Shown piece by piece: positions 18,875 to 28,249 of a stretch of 64,000 nucleotides of DNA (the stretch's first letter is position 1; each line of letters opens with the position of its first letter). The notes under the pieces were generated by a model, which was given only the letters and a program-made list of their open reading frames with translations, made no database searches and was not told the DNA's origin. A program made the translations under genes and the position numbers. This DNA comes from an uncultured Planctomycetia bacterium (GTDB lineage Bacteria > Omnitrophota > Gorgyraeia > 2-02-FULL-51-18), in NCBI GenBank assembly GCA_964642015.1, contig CAZXLF010000005.1, positions 139,847-203,846 of the forward strand, written 5' to 3'.

Positions 18875-20368
18875 CTACGAATCTTTTTCACTGAATTCCT
18901 CAGCAGTAAAAATATAAAGATCCGTCGCAGGATCTTGCCAGCACGAATCCGGCAAGCCCGCTTTTTGAGAACACAGTTCGTTCAAAAATTTTGTCTTATC
19001 AAAGTCGAATTCTTCGCCGACTTTCGGAAGGAAGACTCCAGAATGTCCTGCTTGGTTCACGATTACGCCATGCTTACCTAGAATAATTTCATCTGCACTT
19101 TTAATTTTTACTGGCGCGCTCAACACAGAAACTTCAAACTCTAAATCCTTCAGTTCTTCTTTTTGGACTGGTTGGAAACGCGGATCTTCCGACGCAGCTT
19201 GAATAGCCATGTTTCTGACAGCGACAGCCAGTGGTTCTCTGGCCGTAAGACTGCCAATGCATCCGCGAAGCCGTCCTTTCTCCATGATCGTAACAAAAGC
19301 TGCTCTATCTTCTTTGAAGACCGGGTCATTTTCGCTCGGCTGGTAAATATTGCCGTTCTCCACAAAATTTTCAACGGTGTTCCTAGCGATTTTCAAAAGC
19401 TCATGTTTTTCTTCCGGGGTCAAACTCTTAGCTTGGACTTTCTCTGTTTTAACGGAAGCCTGCGGCGCACTGTCCTGATAAATTACGCTCGCACCGTATC
19501 CTACGACCCTCGATCGATCGCCGGTCGTATCGGCCGTCGTGGAATAATTCAAAACTTCAAGATGCGTGTTTCCCATGAGATGAGATATTTCAAGTAAAGT
19601 AAGTACAGCCGCCTGGCCGCATAATTCACCCTTTCCCGCATTTAATGCGGTTGAAAGTCCGACGGCATTTTGATCTTTTAAAAATCCAAGCGTTGTGGAA
19701 TCCATTGTGCGTGCGATCGAGTCTTCATAATAATGACTCATATCAGATGAGGCGATGACCAATACACTTTTTCCTTGGATATTTTTATAGACCGCTTGCG
19801 CCAAAGCTTTGTAATTATCGGGAGACGGGTCACTGATCAGGATAGGGACTATCTTAAAATTTGTCAGGACTTTCTGCAGGAACGGCACTTGAGCCTCAAG
19901 CGAATGTTCAGCTAAATGCGCATTTTCAGTGAACTGAAAATCAGGGTTCTCGTTAGCAATCGCTTGCGCCAATTCCTCATCGATCGCCACATCACCTAAC
20001 GGCGTCTGCCATAAACCAGATTTCCAAATAGAAGCTCCATGAAATAAAGCGCTATGATAAGGTCCGATAATAATGACCGAATCGTAATGATTGCCCTTGA
20101 TCAACCGATAATCATAAGCAGCTGTCTGACCTGAATAAATGTATCCTGCATGTGGAGCAATAAAAAACTTTATCGTTCCTGGAATTGGTTTGTGCTCGGG
20201 AACTTTTTCCAGAAAACCATTGATCATTTGGCTTAATTCATTTTTATCGGAAGGATAAAATTGGCCCGATACAAAAGGATGGCGGATATTTGCCTGCGCC
20301 GCGAACGCAAGGTTCGCGGATAAAAAGATCAATAGTATCGTTTTAAAAACAGATATAAACCGATTCAT
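18875..20368 (-). CDS. AmmeMemoRadiSam protein B (MEMO1) + protein A (AMMECR1) fusion with N-terminal signal peptide
   Basis: GQFYP, PHAGYIYSG, EHSLE, SSDMSHY, VVGY (MEMO); FVT..LRGCIG, EDPRF, EVSVLS, GVFLP, KAGL (AMMECR1). Confidence 0.93.
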   Translation of the reverse strand: MNRFISVFKTILLIFLSANLAFAAQANIRHPFVSGQFYPSDKNELSQMINGFLEKVPEHKPIPGTIKFFIAPHAGYIYSGQTAAYDYRLIKGNHYDSVIIIGPYHSALFHGASIWKSGLWQTPLGDVAIDEELAQAIANENPDFQFTENAHLAEHSLEAQVPFLQKVLTNFKIVPILISDPSPDNYKALAQAVYKNIQGKSVLVIASSDMSHYYEDSIARTMDSTTLGFLKDQNAVGLSTALNAGKGELCGQAAVLTLLEISHLMGNTHLEVLNYSTTADTTGDRSRVVGYGASVIYQDSAPQASVKTEKVQAKSLTPEEKHELLKIARNTVENFVENGNIYQPSENDPVFKEDRAAFVTIMEKGRLRGCIGSLTAREPLAVAVRNMAIQAASEDPRFQPVQKEELKDLEFEVSVLSAPVKIKSADEIILGKHGVIVNQAGHSGVFLPKVGEEFDFDKTKFLNELCSQKAGLPDSCWQDPATDLYIFTAEEFSEKDS

Positions 20369-20648
20369 TTTCTATTTTAACAGGGTAAGAATTTATTTTT
20401 GTTCCCGGTTGGTTCTTACATTCGCCGGTGGGAATATCAAAAAGCCAGCCATGCAAAGGACATCTGACAGATGATCCTTCTATTGCACCACGAAATAACG
20501 GGCCGCCTCTATGAGGGCAGGAATTATCGATCGCAAAAAATGCGCTCCCTATTTGAAATAATGCGATCTCTCTGCCGCTGATATCAAGATATTTAACTTT
20601 ATTGGCAGCAATATCCGAAACAGTACCCGCCGAATACCATTCTGACAT
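20343..20648 (-). CDS. Rieske [2Fe-2S] ferredoxin
   Basis: CPHRGGPL ... CPLHGWLFD. Confidence 0.92.
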   Translation of the reverse strand: MSEWYSAGTVSDIAANKVKYLDISGREIALFQIGSAFFAIDNSCPHRGGPLFRGAIEGSSVRCPLHGWLFDIPTGECKNQPGTKINSYPVKIENESVYICF

Positions 20649-20649
20649 T

Positions 20650-21666
20650 CTATGAACCCGCTAAAACCGCTTTCCGGTCATAGGTCGGAATGCCCTCGAT
20701 ATAACCCCATCGGCGTACGGCCGGTTCCCAGTTTTTTTCTCGGTAGGCCAAATATTTAAGCAACGTGTCCAAACCGTCACAGGTGCGCTCAAGATTGGTT
20801 TTCATTTGAGGAAAATCTGGCCAACCGAATTCATTCTTCACGCGCAGAATCCATGTCATCGCATTTTCAATGACGGGTTCGCACCTTTTTTCTTCGCCGA
20901 GAATGCGGGAAATAATGATGAGCGATCTTGTCGAGTCCATCGTATGATCCACATTCTCACCGTCATATGAACCATCCGAAGCTTGGAACGAAAAAAGTTT
21001 TTCCATTCCCTTTTGGCAAGTTTTCTTATGATCAAGCTTTTCGGGAAGCACAAGAGACGCGATCACGGCATCCTGTACAAGATGCGCCGTGGTTTCAACG
21101 CCGGTAGGATGGAATTTTTCATCGACCCATGCACCATCCGGCCGTTGGTTTTCTACGATGAACTGAAGCCCCGCTTTCCAAGATTTTTTGACCTTGTTCT
21201 TCCAAGCTGGTTCACCAAGCGCAAGCACCACATTAAAAAAACTTACCGGATGACTTGTGGTATCCAGATCCGCCCAGGAAGGATCCACCCATCGCCCGTC
21301 CTCTTTCTGATTTTTCAAGAAATAATCGATGGATCTGTCGACCGCTCTAGAGATCTTCGAATTTTTTAACACCTGATTTCCGCGGATCAGCATCAACGCC
21401 ATGAAAGCGGAAACCCATGCTGCGCTCTCGTCATTATCTGATTCGGCTCCCCAACCGCCGTCCCTATGCTGATTTTCTGCGACGGATAAAAATTCGCTCT
21501 CGTATTTTTTCACTTCACCCATGTGAAGCAATACACGCAACGCGTGCGCAACAAGCTCATTGTTCTTCGGACCGGATAAAAGACTCCAATGGTCGTGTTT
21601 CCTGATGAAAAATTCGTATTCGCGGTCAATGACGGTCTTGATCTCGTTCAGATTCTGCATTTTCAT
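20650..21666 (-). CDS. Prenyltransferase/squalene-cyclase repeat (alpha/alpha barrel) protein
   Basis: Repeated QxxDGxW motifs (QHRDGGW, QKEDGRW, QRPDGAW, QASDGSY). Confidence 0.8.
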   Translation of the reverse strand: MKMQNLNEIKTVIDREYEFFIRKHDHWSLLSGPKNNELVAHALRVLLHMGEVKKYESEFLSVAENQHRDGGWGAESDNDESAAWVSAFMALMLIRGNQVLKNSKISRAVDRSIDYFLKNQKEDGRWVDPSWADLDTTSHPVSFFNVVLALGEPAWKNKVKKSWKAGLQFIVENQRPDGAWVDEKFHPTGVETTAHLVQDAVIASLVLPEKLDHKKTCQKGMEKLFSFQASDGSYDGENVDHTMDSTRSLIIISRILGEEKRCEPVIENAMTWILRVKNEFGWPDFPQMKTNLERTCDGLDTLLKYLAYREKNWEPAVRRWGYIEGIPTYDRKAVLAGS

Positions 21667-22118
21667 CTCCTTTGATTATCGAAAAAATTATCCAGACTAA
21701 AAAACTGCGTACAAGAAAAATAAGCGGCCAAGAACATAAAAACGATCCAAAGCACAATATCTAAACCGAGAGTTTGCTGGGGCTGAAGCGAAAAAGAATC
21801 CCCGAAACATCCGCAATCCTGGATCGGCAACCTTCTAAAAAGCGCCGAACCAATGACACCTATAAAAACGGTGTTGAAAACCCAAAGAATCAAAATCGAT
21901 ATCCTGGACCAAAAACCCAGTATCAAAAAAATACCAACGATGAATTCTCCCCACGGCATCGATTTTGCCAGTATTTCCGCGGCAGCGCCTTTTAAGATCT
22001 CATAACTTTGTATTGCGGCTAAAAAATTCTGATACGGTTGCATCAACTTGATAAATCCAGATACCACGAATACTCCGCCGGCCAAAATTCTTAAGAGCAC
22101 AAAAAGTTTAGCGCGCAT
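21663..22118 (-). CDS. MauE/DoxX family membrane protein
   Basis: RILAGGVFVVSG..K, PWGE, CGCFG motif. Confidence 0.88.
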   Translation of the reverse strand: MRAKLFVLLRILAGGVFVVSGFIKLMQPYQNFLAAIQSYEILKGAAAEILAKSMPWGEFIVGIFLILGFWSRISILILWVFNTVFIGVIGSALFRRLPIQDCGCFGDSFSLQPQQTLGLDIVLWIVFMFLAAYFSCTQFFSLDNFFDNQRR

Positions 22119-22764
22119 TATTTTCTTCTCCAGCAATATCAAAATCAAATTTAGGCGAGAAATTCTTTAACTCTTCGAGCAAAGGTTTATGACCAACTAT
22201 CATTTTTCCGTTGATAAAAACAGTCGGCGTGGAATCAATCCCCAATTCTTTACTCGCAGCGCTTTCTTCCAAGACTTTTTCTTTTGTCATAGGATTGGTA
22301 AGGCAAGAATCCAGTTTCTTCAGGTCCATTCCGGCCTGATGGGCATAATCATGAAATACACCGGTCGCGTAGTTCATGTCCTTCCAAACAGATTGGTTTT
22401 CAAACAGCAAACGGTGAAATTCCCAAAATTTATTCTGTCTTGTAGCGCACTCCGCATAGATCGCGGTTTCAAGACCGTGGGGATGCTGTTTTAACGGATG
22501 AAAGCGGACTTGTAAATAAAGCTTGGATGGATTTTCTTTCATATAAGCATCGAGGATCTTGAACGCTATTCGGCATGAAGGGCACTGATAGTCCATATAC
22601 TCGACAGCCCATATCGGCGCGGCGGGATTTCCGCGTGACCGGTTCAAAATACGGCTGTCCAGCATCACGCGGCCGTGTGGCCCGAAAAAATATCTCGCAC
22701 CGTGAATAAAACCTACGCATAACAAGATAACAAAGAGCGTTGCGACAAATTTAAACTTTTTCAA
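22108..22764 (-). CDS. DsbA-family thiol-disulfide oxidoreductase, membrane-anchored/exported
   Basis: DYQCPSC, GIDSTPTVFING; N-terminal hydrophobic segment. Confidence 0.9.
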   Translation of the reverse strand: MKKFKFVATLFVILLCVGFIHGARYFFGPHGRVMLDSRILNRSRGNPAAPIWAVEYMDYQCPSCRIAFKILDAYMKENPSKLYLQVRFHPLKQHPHGLETAIYAECATRQNKFWEFHRLLFENQSVWKDMNYATGVFHDYAHQAGMDLKKLDSCLTNPMTKEKVLEESAASKELGIDSTPTVFINGKMIVGHKPLLEELKNFSPKFDFDIAGEENNAR

Positions 22765-22784
22765 AGCGGCCGTTCTGTGAACAG

Positions 22785-23258
22785 TTATTCGAGAAGGTCC
22801 TGATTAGAAGTTTTTATTTTCAATTGATTGATGACTTTTTTCACGCCTTCCATTTTTTTGACTTTGTCTTCTATCAAATTCCGTTCATCTTCATTATTCA
22901 CAAAACCGTCCAGCGTCACAGCCCCATTCACAGAGCTCACTTTGAGCTTAGCGGGGATCTTCGCAAGTTCCTCATCCTCTTTGAAATTAGCTAAGATCTT
23001 TTCGGCTAAATTGTCGGTCTGATAACTCCCTTCCGAAGCAGGCTGGCGGCTCTTCGGGTTCCATCGTCCCCGCAGATCCGGGTTCAACTCAGCTTTGAGT
23101 TCGTTCCTCTGGATTCTTTGATTGGGAGTCAACCCTCTGGGATCTTGACGAAACTCGTTGCGTGTGGATTCGGTCGTAATGAAATCTCTGACCCCGGCAT
23201 AAGATGGCGAAATACCGAGGATGAATACCAAAATGCTCCAAAAAATGGTCTTTTTCAT
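22785..23258 (-). CDS. Exported BON domain protein
   Basis: Signal peptide (SYA|G); C-terminal VNGAVTLDGFV...GVKKVINQLKI. Confidence 0.85.
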   Translation of the reverse strand: MKKTIFWSILVFILGISPSYAGVRDFITTESTRNEFRQDPRGLTPNQRIQRNELKAELNPDLRGRWNPKSRQPASEGSYQTDNLAEKILANFKEDEELAKIPAKLKVSSVNGAVTLDGFVNNEDERNLIEDKVKKMEGVKKVINQLKIKTSNQDLLE

Positions 23259-23296
23259 AACGGCCCCCTTTATTTTCACCGTGGTCTATTGTTAAT

Positions 23297-23325
23297 AGCT
23301 TAAGCCTCTTGATTTTTATAGTCAA
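23297..23325 (-). promoter_or_regulatory. sigma70 promoter TTGACT-N17-TAAGCT for BON/redox operon
   Basis: Consensus-like hexamers with 17-nt spacing. Confidence 0.6.
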
Positions 23326-23360
23326 TGTTTAATAAGAAGTCCGGTAAAAACATCCCTTCC

Positions 23361-23389
23361 TTGACGGTTATTAAAACATACCTTATGAT
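23361..23389 (+). promoter_or_regulatory. sigma70 promoter TTGACG-N17-TATGAT (leaderless, RluA-family gene)
   Basis: ATG at 23396 follows the -10 hexamer after a 6-nt gap. Confidence 0.7.
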
Positions 23390-23395
23390 GACTTG

Positions 23396-24268
23396 ATGAA
23401 AACGCATACAGCCGTCGAAGACCTGCTGCTTTTAACTTACCTCTTGAAATACTTCCCCGAAAAAAAGCGTACAAAAATCAAACAGCTTTTAAAATACGGC
23501 GCGATCGCGGTAAATGGCAAGATCGTGACCCGGCACGATTATTCTTTGAAAACCGGCGATACACTTGAATTTCTTCAAAAACCAAAAGAAAACCGTCAGC
23601 GCCCTAAACTCGAACCTCCTTTTCCGATTATCTACGAGGATGATCATCTCATCGTCATAGACAAGCCGGAAGGACTACTGACTGTAGCAACAGAAAAGAT
23701 TAAGACACACACCGTTTATTACGAATTGACCGACTATGTCAGGTCCAATGGAAAAACAGGCAAGGAGCGTATATTTATTGTTCACAGACTTGATCGGGAT
23801 GCTTCGGGGCTTTTAGTTTTCGCTAAGAATGAAGAAGTGAAATATTCTCTCCAGAACCATTGGGATAAAGCCGAGAAGAAATATTACGCGCTCGTTGAGG
23901 GTATACCTAAAAAATCGTCTGAGACCATCGAAAGTCACCTTATCGAAGATAAATTCCGCAGAGTTTACAGTGCCCGCGAATCCAAATTCTCTAAATATGC
24001 TGCGACGCAGTACAGGGTTATCAAATCGTCAAAAAAATTTTCACTTCTTGAAGTCACGCTCTTGACCGGAAGAAAGAACCAGATCCGAGTTCATCTAGCA
24101 GATATAGGCCACCCCATCATTGGGGATGAAAAATACGGAAGTATTTCAGATCCTGCGGGCCGCCTGGGGCTTCATGCCTATTTATTGTCTTTTAGACATC
24201 CCGTCACACAGGAACAGATGATATTTAAAAGCGAATTACCGGCGGATTTAAAGAAAGTTATTGCTTAA
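23396..24268 (+). CDS. RluA/RluD family pseudouridine synthase with S4-like domain
   Basis: IDKPEGL, VHRLDRDASG, TGRKNQIRVH, HPIIGDEKYG. Confidence 0.93.
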   Translation: MKTHTAVEDLLLLTYLLKYFPEKKRTKIKQLLKYGAIAVNGKIVTRHDYSLKTGDTLEFLQKPKENRQRPKLEPPFPIIYEDDHLIVIDKPEGLLTVATEKIKTHTVYYELTDYVRSNGKTGKERIFIVHRLDRDASGLLVFAKNEEVKYSLQNHWDKAEKKYYALVEGIPKKSSETIESHLIEDKFRRVYSARESKFSKYAATQYRVIKSSKKFSLLEVTLLTGRKNQIRVHLADIGHPIIGDEKYGSISDPAGRLGLHAYLLSFRHPVTQEQMIFKSELPADLKKVIA

Positions 24269-24279
24269 AGCGGTTAGAA

Positions 24280-25314
24280 TCAGCTCTTAACAGTTTTGGG
24301 ATGTTTCATGAAAAAATCTAGCATTAGATCGGTTGCGGATATTTCTTGTGTAGGAGGATCTACGTTGCTATTGTGTATACCCGGCTTCCCTCCGGGCCAG
24401 GCATGTCCCTGGCCGACGATTGTATAAAGCTGTACCTCCGTACCATCGATGCCGCCGCTGTAAGTATCATGGATAATACTGCCGAATTTCTCCGTTTTCG
24501 GCGTCGGAGAACAACCATCGCGTTTGACCCAATAAGAGACCGCGTAAGAAACAGGTTTATCGGTCCTCGGATGTTTGTCGAATGCTTTTTTGGGAACGCC
24601 CCCATCGTAAAGGACATGCAGATCTGCCGTCCCATGAAAAATGATCGCGGAAACAGGGTAAGCAGCATCAGGGTCGTCGGTATCTAAAGCTCCCGCTACG
24701 GGGGCGATGGCTGCTATTCTATCGGACAGTTCACACCCTAATTTATAAGTCATCATGCCACCGTTTGAAAGCCCTGTTGCAAATATTCGTGTGGAATCGA
24801 TCGAATAATTTTTTTCAAGCTCATCCAACAGTGCATTAATAAATCCGACATCATCTATTTTATTTTGTAATGCGTATCCACAGCAAAGGAACGAATTCCA
24901 AGTAAAGAAACGATCTTTCATGGGACTTGTGCCATTAGGATAAACGACAATAAACCCTTGTTTGTCAGATCTTGGATCCATATCAGCCATTCGGACAGCG
25001 CCTTCCGCCTTGCCTCCACCGCCATGCAGGACAATCACAAGCGGAACAGGTTTTGTGCCGTCATAACTAGAAGGCACATGCAATAAGTAATATCTTTGTA
25101 TACCTCCAAAAGAAAGATAATATTTTGGATCCGCAGATTCTTCTTGTTGAGAAGAATTTTGATTCTGAAGACGCTCAAGGATCCTTTCCCGGATACGCTC
25201 ACGAATGGTCTCTTGGGCATATATGGGAATGGTTGAAGTTAAAATGATAACGGAAATAATCCAAAAATATATGTTCTTGGGAGGCCGACGGTTCAATTTA
25301 TAGAAGAAGTTCAT
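24280..25314 (-). CDS. Secreted LpqC/PHB-depolymerase-family esterase (paralog 1)
   Basis: Signal peptide; VLHGGG, YPNG, DDVGF, GLSNGG nucleophile elbow, GHAWPG. Confidence 0.88.
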   Translation of the reverse strand: MNFFYKLNRRPPKNIYFWIISVIILTSTIPIYAQETIRERIRERILERLQNQNSSQQEESADPKYYLSFGGIQRYYLLHVPSSYDGTKPVPLVIVLHGGGGKAEGAVRMADMDPRSDKQGFIVVYPNGTSPMKDRFFTWNSFLCCGYALQNKIDDVGFINALLDELEKNYSIDSTRIFATGLSNGGMMTYKLGCELSDRIAAIAPVAGALDTDDPDAAYPVSAIIFHGTADLHVLYDGGVPKKAFDKHPRTDKPVSYAVSYWVKRDGCSPTPKTEKFGSIIHDTYSGGIDGTEVQLYTIVGQGHAWPGGKPGIHNSNVDPPTQEISATDLMLDFFMKHPKTVKS

Positions 25315-25320
25315 TCAAAT

Positions 25321-25349
25321 ATAGTACTTGCATCAAAGTTATTTTTCAA
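25321..25349 (-). promoter_or_regulatory. sigma70 promoter TTGAAA-N17-TACTAT (leaderless)
   Basis: ATG 25314 follows the -10 after a 6-nt gap; no SD. Confidence 0.55.
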
Positions 25350-26050
25350 CTTTTTGAGATCGAAGGTGTTTGGGCAGAAAAATTCCTTAATTCACCTACC
25401 TCTTTGTCGTTAGAAGACAACATTACTTCTTGATTCTTACCGGTATCTTTGCCAAAAAACTTAAAAGTCGCGACCAATAGATAATCTATCGATTCCCGAA
25501 GGTCCGGATTTTGGCTTTCATTGATCGTATCTCCCACCCAAACCACTTTTTCATTATGATTTTTCAAGCTGTTGGGATCCAAAACTTTCACAAATAACCG
25601 AGCGGTATAAACAGTATATGTCTCCGAAGCATAGGTGACTGAAGTGTACCCCGGCGATACGACATCATAATATGTATTCGAGCCGCTGACAAACACGCGT
25701 CGAACAATATCGTGGTGCTGGACAAAATCGGGCCTTGTTTCCGTTTCGGACCTTCCCGAAATATCATAATTAAACGTAATGAAATAATCCGCGCTTCCTT
25801 CGGAAGCGAGCTTATATCCTTTTTTCGATAAAAGATTTTCGATCTTCATTTTGACTTCATTGTCAAAAATAGGATTTGGCGAACTCTGATTCGATAATAC
25901 GATGAAAGACGCTCCGGCAGGTATTTGAAGGTTAGAGACGGTCTTGTCTAAATAAGCATTGGTCAATACGTTATAGTTCGTGGCACAACTAGCCAGAAAT
26001 GCAGCAGCCGAAACAAGAAGAAAAATATAAATCAAATTCTTTTTCAGCAC
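25346..26050 (-). CDS. DUF4136-like lipoprotein
   Basis: Lipobox LASC after hydrophobic stretch; L..KGY, ADYFI, VVWVG pattern; probable GTG start 26050. Confidence 0.75.
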   Translation of the reverse strand: MLKKNLIYIFLLVSAAAFLASCATNYNVLTNAYLDKTVSNLQIPAGASFIVLSNQSSPNPIFDNEVKMKIENLLSKKGYKLASEGSADYFITFNYDISGRSETETRPDFVQHHDIVRRVFVSGSNTYYDVVSPGYTSVTYASETYTVYTARLFVKVLDPNSLKNHNEKVVWVGDTINESQNPDLRESIDYLLVATFKFFGKDTGKNQEVMLSSNDKEVGELRNFSAQTPSISKS

Positions 26051-26063
26051 TGAGGCTATTCGA

Positions 26064-26798
26064 TCACTTAACTTTATGCTTTGACATTTGGCGTTTCTCC
26101 CACTGAAGCGCATATTGATCCAGCAGATCATTAAGATCTTTTGTAGAAGGTTTGACAGGCACGCTCCCATTCAATAAGACATCTTCAGCCGTGACTTTTT
26201 TGCCATAGTAAGAATTATTAGCTCCATTGTCTGGAAAAATAACCGCGCCGTTCAGCGCAGCTCCGGCAAAAAGGCCATGACTTTTGGAATAAGACAAGAT
26301 CATGGATCTTAAGAAAAAATCTGTTGATAACTCGGATGTTCTGCCGACAGGTCCTACAGCGACGGCAAAATCCGCTCCCAAAGTTATTTTGCTCGTAAGC
26401 AGGCTCTCAAGACCTTTGTTATTTAAAATAATCAATACAAGATCTGTCGCTTGGATCCCGGCCTGAAGTCCAGCACTTAACCCTAAGATCGTGGAAAATG
26501 ATGCAGGACCCCATTCGCCTGTTTTCTTGTCGCGCTTAATCACGACACCCTTTCCGTAACGCCCGCCGATCAAAAATCCGCCATTCAACACCGTAGGATA
26601 TATAGCGATTGCTTTACACTTGGCCAAAAGCTCTTCAGGAATGCTTTGGTCAGGAATCGACATGATCTCTTTGATCACTTGTTTCGAATCTCCGATGACC
26701 CGATCTTGATCAAGGCTATCTGCATGGACCGAAGACGTCATAAAAATGAAGCCGACGCTTACAGCCATCAAAATCCTAATTCTCATCATATCCTGCAC
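26064..26798 (-). CDS. Exported Ysc84/SYLF lipid-binding domain protein
   Basis: IPEELL, GGFLIGGRYGKG, GLQAG, AVGPVGR, YSKSHGLFAG motifs. Confidence 0.88.
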   Translation of the reverse strand: MQDMMRIRILMAVSVGFIFMTSSVHADSLDQDRVIGDSKQVIKEIMSIPDQSIPEELLAKCKAIAIYPTVLNGGFLIGGRYGKGVVIKRDKKTGEWGPASFSTILGLSAGLQAGIQATDLVLIILNNKGLESLLTSKITLGADFAVAVGPVGRTSELSTDFFLRSMILSYSKSHGLFAGAALNGAVIFPDNGANNSYYGKKVTAEDVLLNGSVPVKPSTKDLNDLLDQYALQWEKRQMSKHKVK

Positions 26799-26814
26799 CC
26801 AAATTGTAATACGA

Positions 26815-27219
26815 TCATTTTTTTATGATCTTAAACGAAGCAAAATTCCTACGGCTCTTATCACCACTGTCATATGTTTGTCTGACCGCCCAAGTATACA
26901 CTTCGCCATTTTGAAACAATTCCGATCCAACATTCATAGAATATCCGTTCACTTTTTCTTTATGAATCAATGTAGATGATAGCATTTCGCGACCCTTATA
27001 GATCCTAAAATCATAGTATTGCCGTCTTACCGGATCCCCTTCAGTGGACCATTCAAACGGTAAAAATGTTTTACCTGTCAGGTCAACGTTTTCCGACGAA
27101 GGAGAAATAAGTCTGGGAGCCGGGACTTTATACATTTCGGATAGCACGATCTTGTGATCTTTGGCAAAAGCTGGCACGGTCACAATAAAACCGACGATCA
27201 TTAATATGATATATTTCAT
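26815..27219 (-). CDS. Exported hypothetical protein (Ig/Fn3-like)
   Basis: Signal peptide (AFA|K); P.LISP, FEWS, YTWAVR pattern. Confidence 0.65.
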   Translation of the reverse strand: MKYIILMIVGFIVTVPAFAKDHKIVLSEMYKVPAPRLISPSSENVDLTGKTFLPFEWSTEGDPVRRQYYDFRIYKGREMLSSTLIHKEKVNGYSMNVGSELFQNGEVYTWAVRQTYDSGDKSRRNFASFKIIKK

Positions 27220-27261
27220 GCATCTATTTTACTGCGACTTGCCTGTAAATTCTACAAGACC

Positions 27262-28230
27262 TTAGACGTAATTTTCCCTGACCCACTTGCTATAAGGACT
27301 TTTGTCATGGTTATCGGGTTTCGGATGTTGTGCGAAAAATTCCCACATCAGATCCGTTGCGGATATTTCTTTGGTGGGTTCATCGAGATTTCCGTTATGA
27401 ATCCCGCTTGCGCTACCCGGCCACGCGTGTCCTTGACCTCGGATCGTATAAAGGACCACTTCAGTACCGTTGGTCCCTCCAACATAAGATTGCCTGATAA
27501 TATTGTCTCGCTCCGTAAGAATAGCTTTTTCTTTGCATTGATCAAAATGAGCCCAAAAAGATATCCCATAAGTGGCCGGTTTGTCGATACGTGACAGCGG
27601 ATCTATAAGTTTTTTCGGAGATCCCCCCTCATAGAGAATATATTGATCATCACTTCCATGAAAAGCTATCACAGAGACGGGGTAAGACGCTTCGGGTTTG
27701 TCGATATTCATTGGCGCTGCTATCGGAGCAATTGCTGCGATCTTATCCGATAGCTCCAATGCCAGCCGATAAACCATCATTCCACCATTTGAAAAACCGG
27801 TCGCGAAGATCTTTTTCTGATCTATCGAATACTCTTTTCCCAATCTTTCTATCATTTCTCGGATAAAACCAACGTCATTGATCTCATTTTTCACCGCGGA
27901 ACCACAGCAATTCCATGCATTCCACGTGAACGAATTATTTTGCGACGAACCAGTTCCATCAGGATAGATCGCGATGAAACCTTCTCGATCGGACTTATCG
28001 TTCATTTGAGACAAGCGCATTGCACTTCGTGCGTTCGCACCCTCCGGATGCAAAACAATAACCAGAGGCACCGCTTTGGCAGGATCGTAACTGACCGGCA
28101 CATGAAAATAATAACTTCTGGTCATGCCGTTAAAAGTGAAAAAACCCTTTAAATTCTCGGCGCCTTTGGAAAACGCCTGAGAAGTATTGATCAGTGTAAA
28201 GATCAGCGCCGCTAAAAATATTTTTCTCAA
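27262..28230 (-). CDS. Secreted LpqC/PHB-depolymerase-family esterase (paralog 2)
   Basis: Signal peptide; GFSNGG, GHAWPG; clearly homologous to 24280-25314. Confidence 0.88.
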   Translation of the reverse strand: MRKIFLAALIFTLINTSQAFSKGAENLKGFFTFNGMTRSYYFHVPVSYDPAKAVPLVIVLHPEGANARSAMRLSQMNDKSDREGFIAIYPDGTGSSQNNSFTWNAWNCCGSAVKNEINDVGFIREMIERLGKEYSIDQKKIFATGFSNGGMMVYRLALELSDKIAAIAPIAAPMNIDKPEASYPVSVIAFHGSDDQYILYEGGSPKKLIDPLSRIDKPATYGISFWAHFDQCKEKAILTERDNIIRQSYVGGTNGTEVVLYTIRGQGHAWPGSASGIHNGNLDEPTKEISATDLMWEFFAQHPKPDNHDKSPYSKWVRENYV

Positions 28231-28249
28231 TGATAGTCCTAATGGTTTC

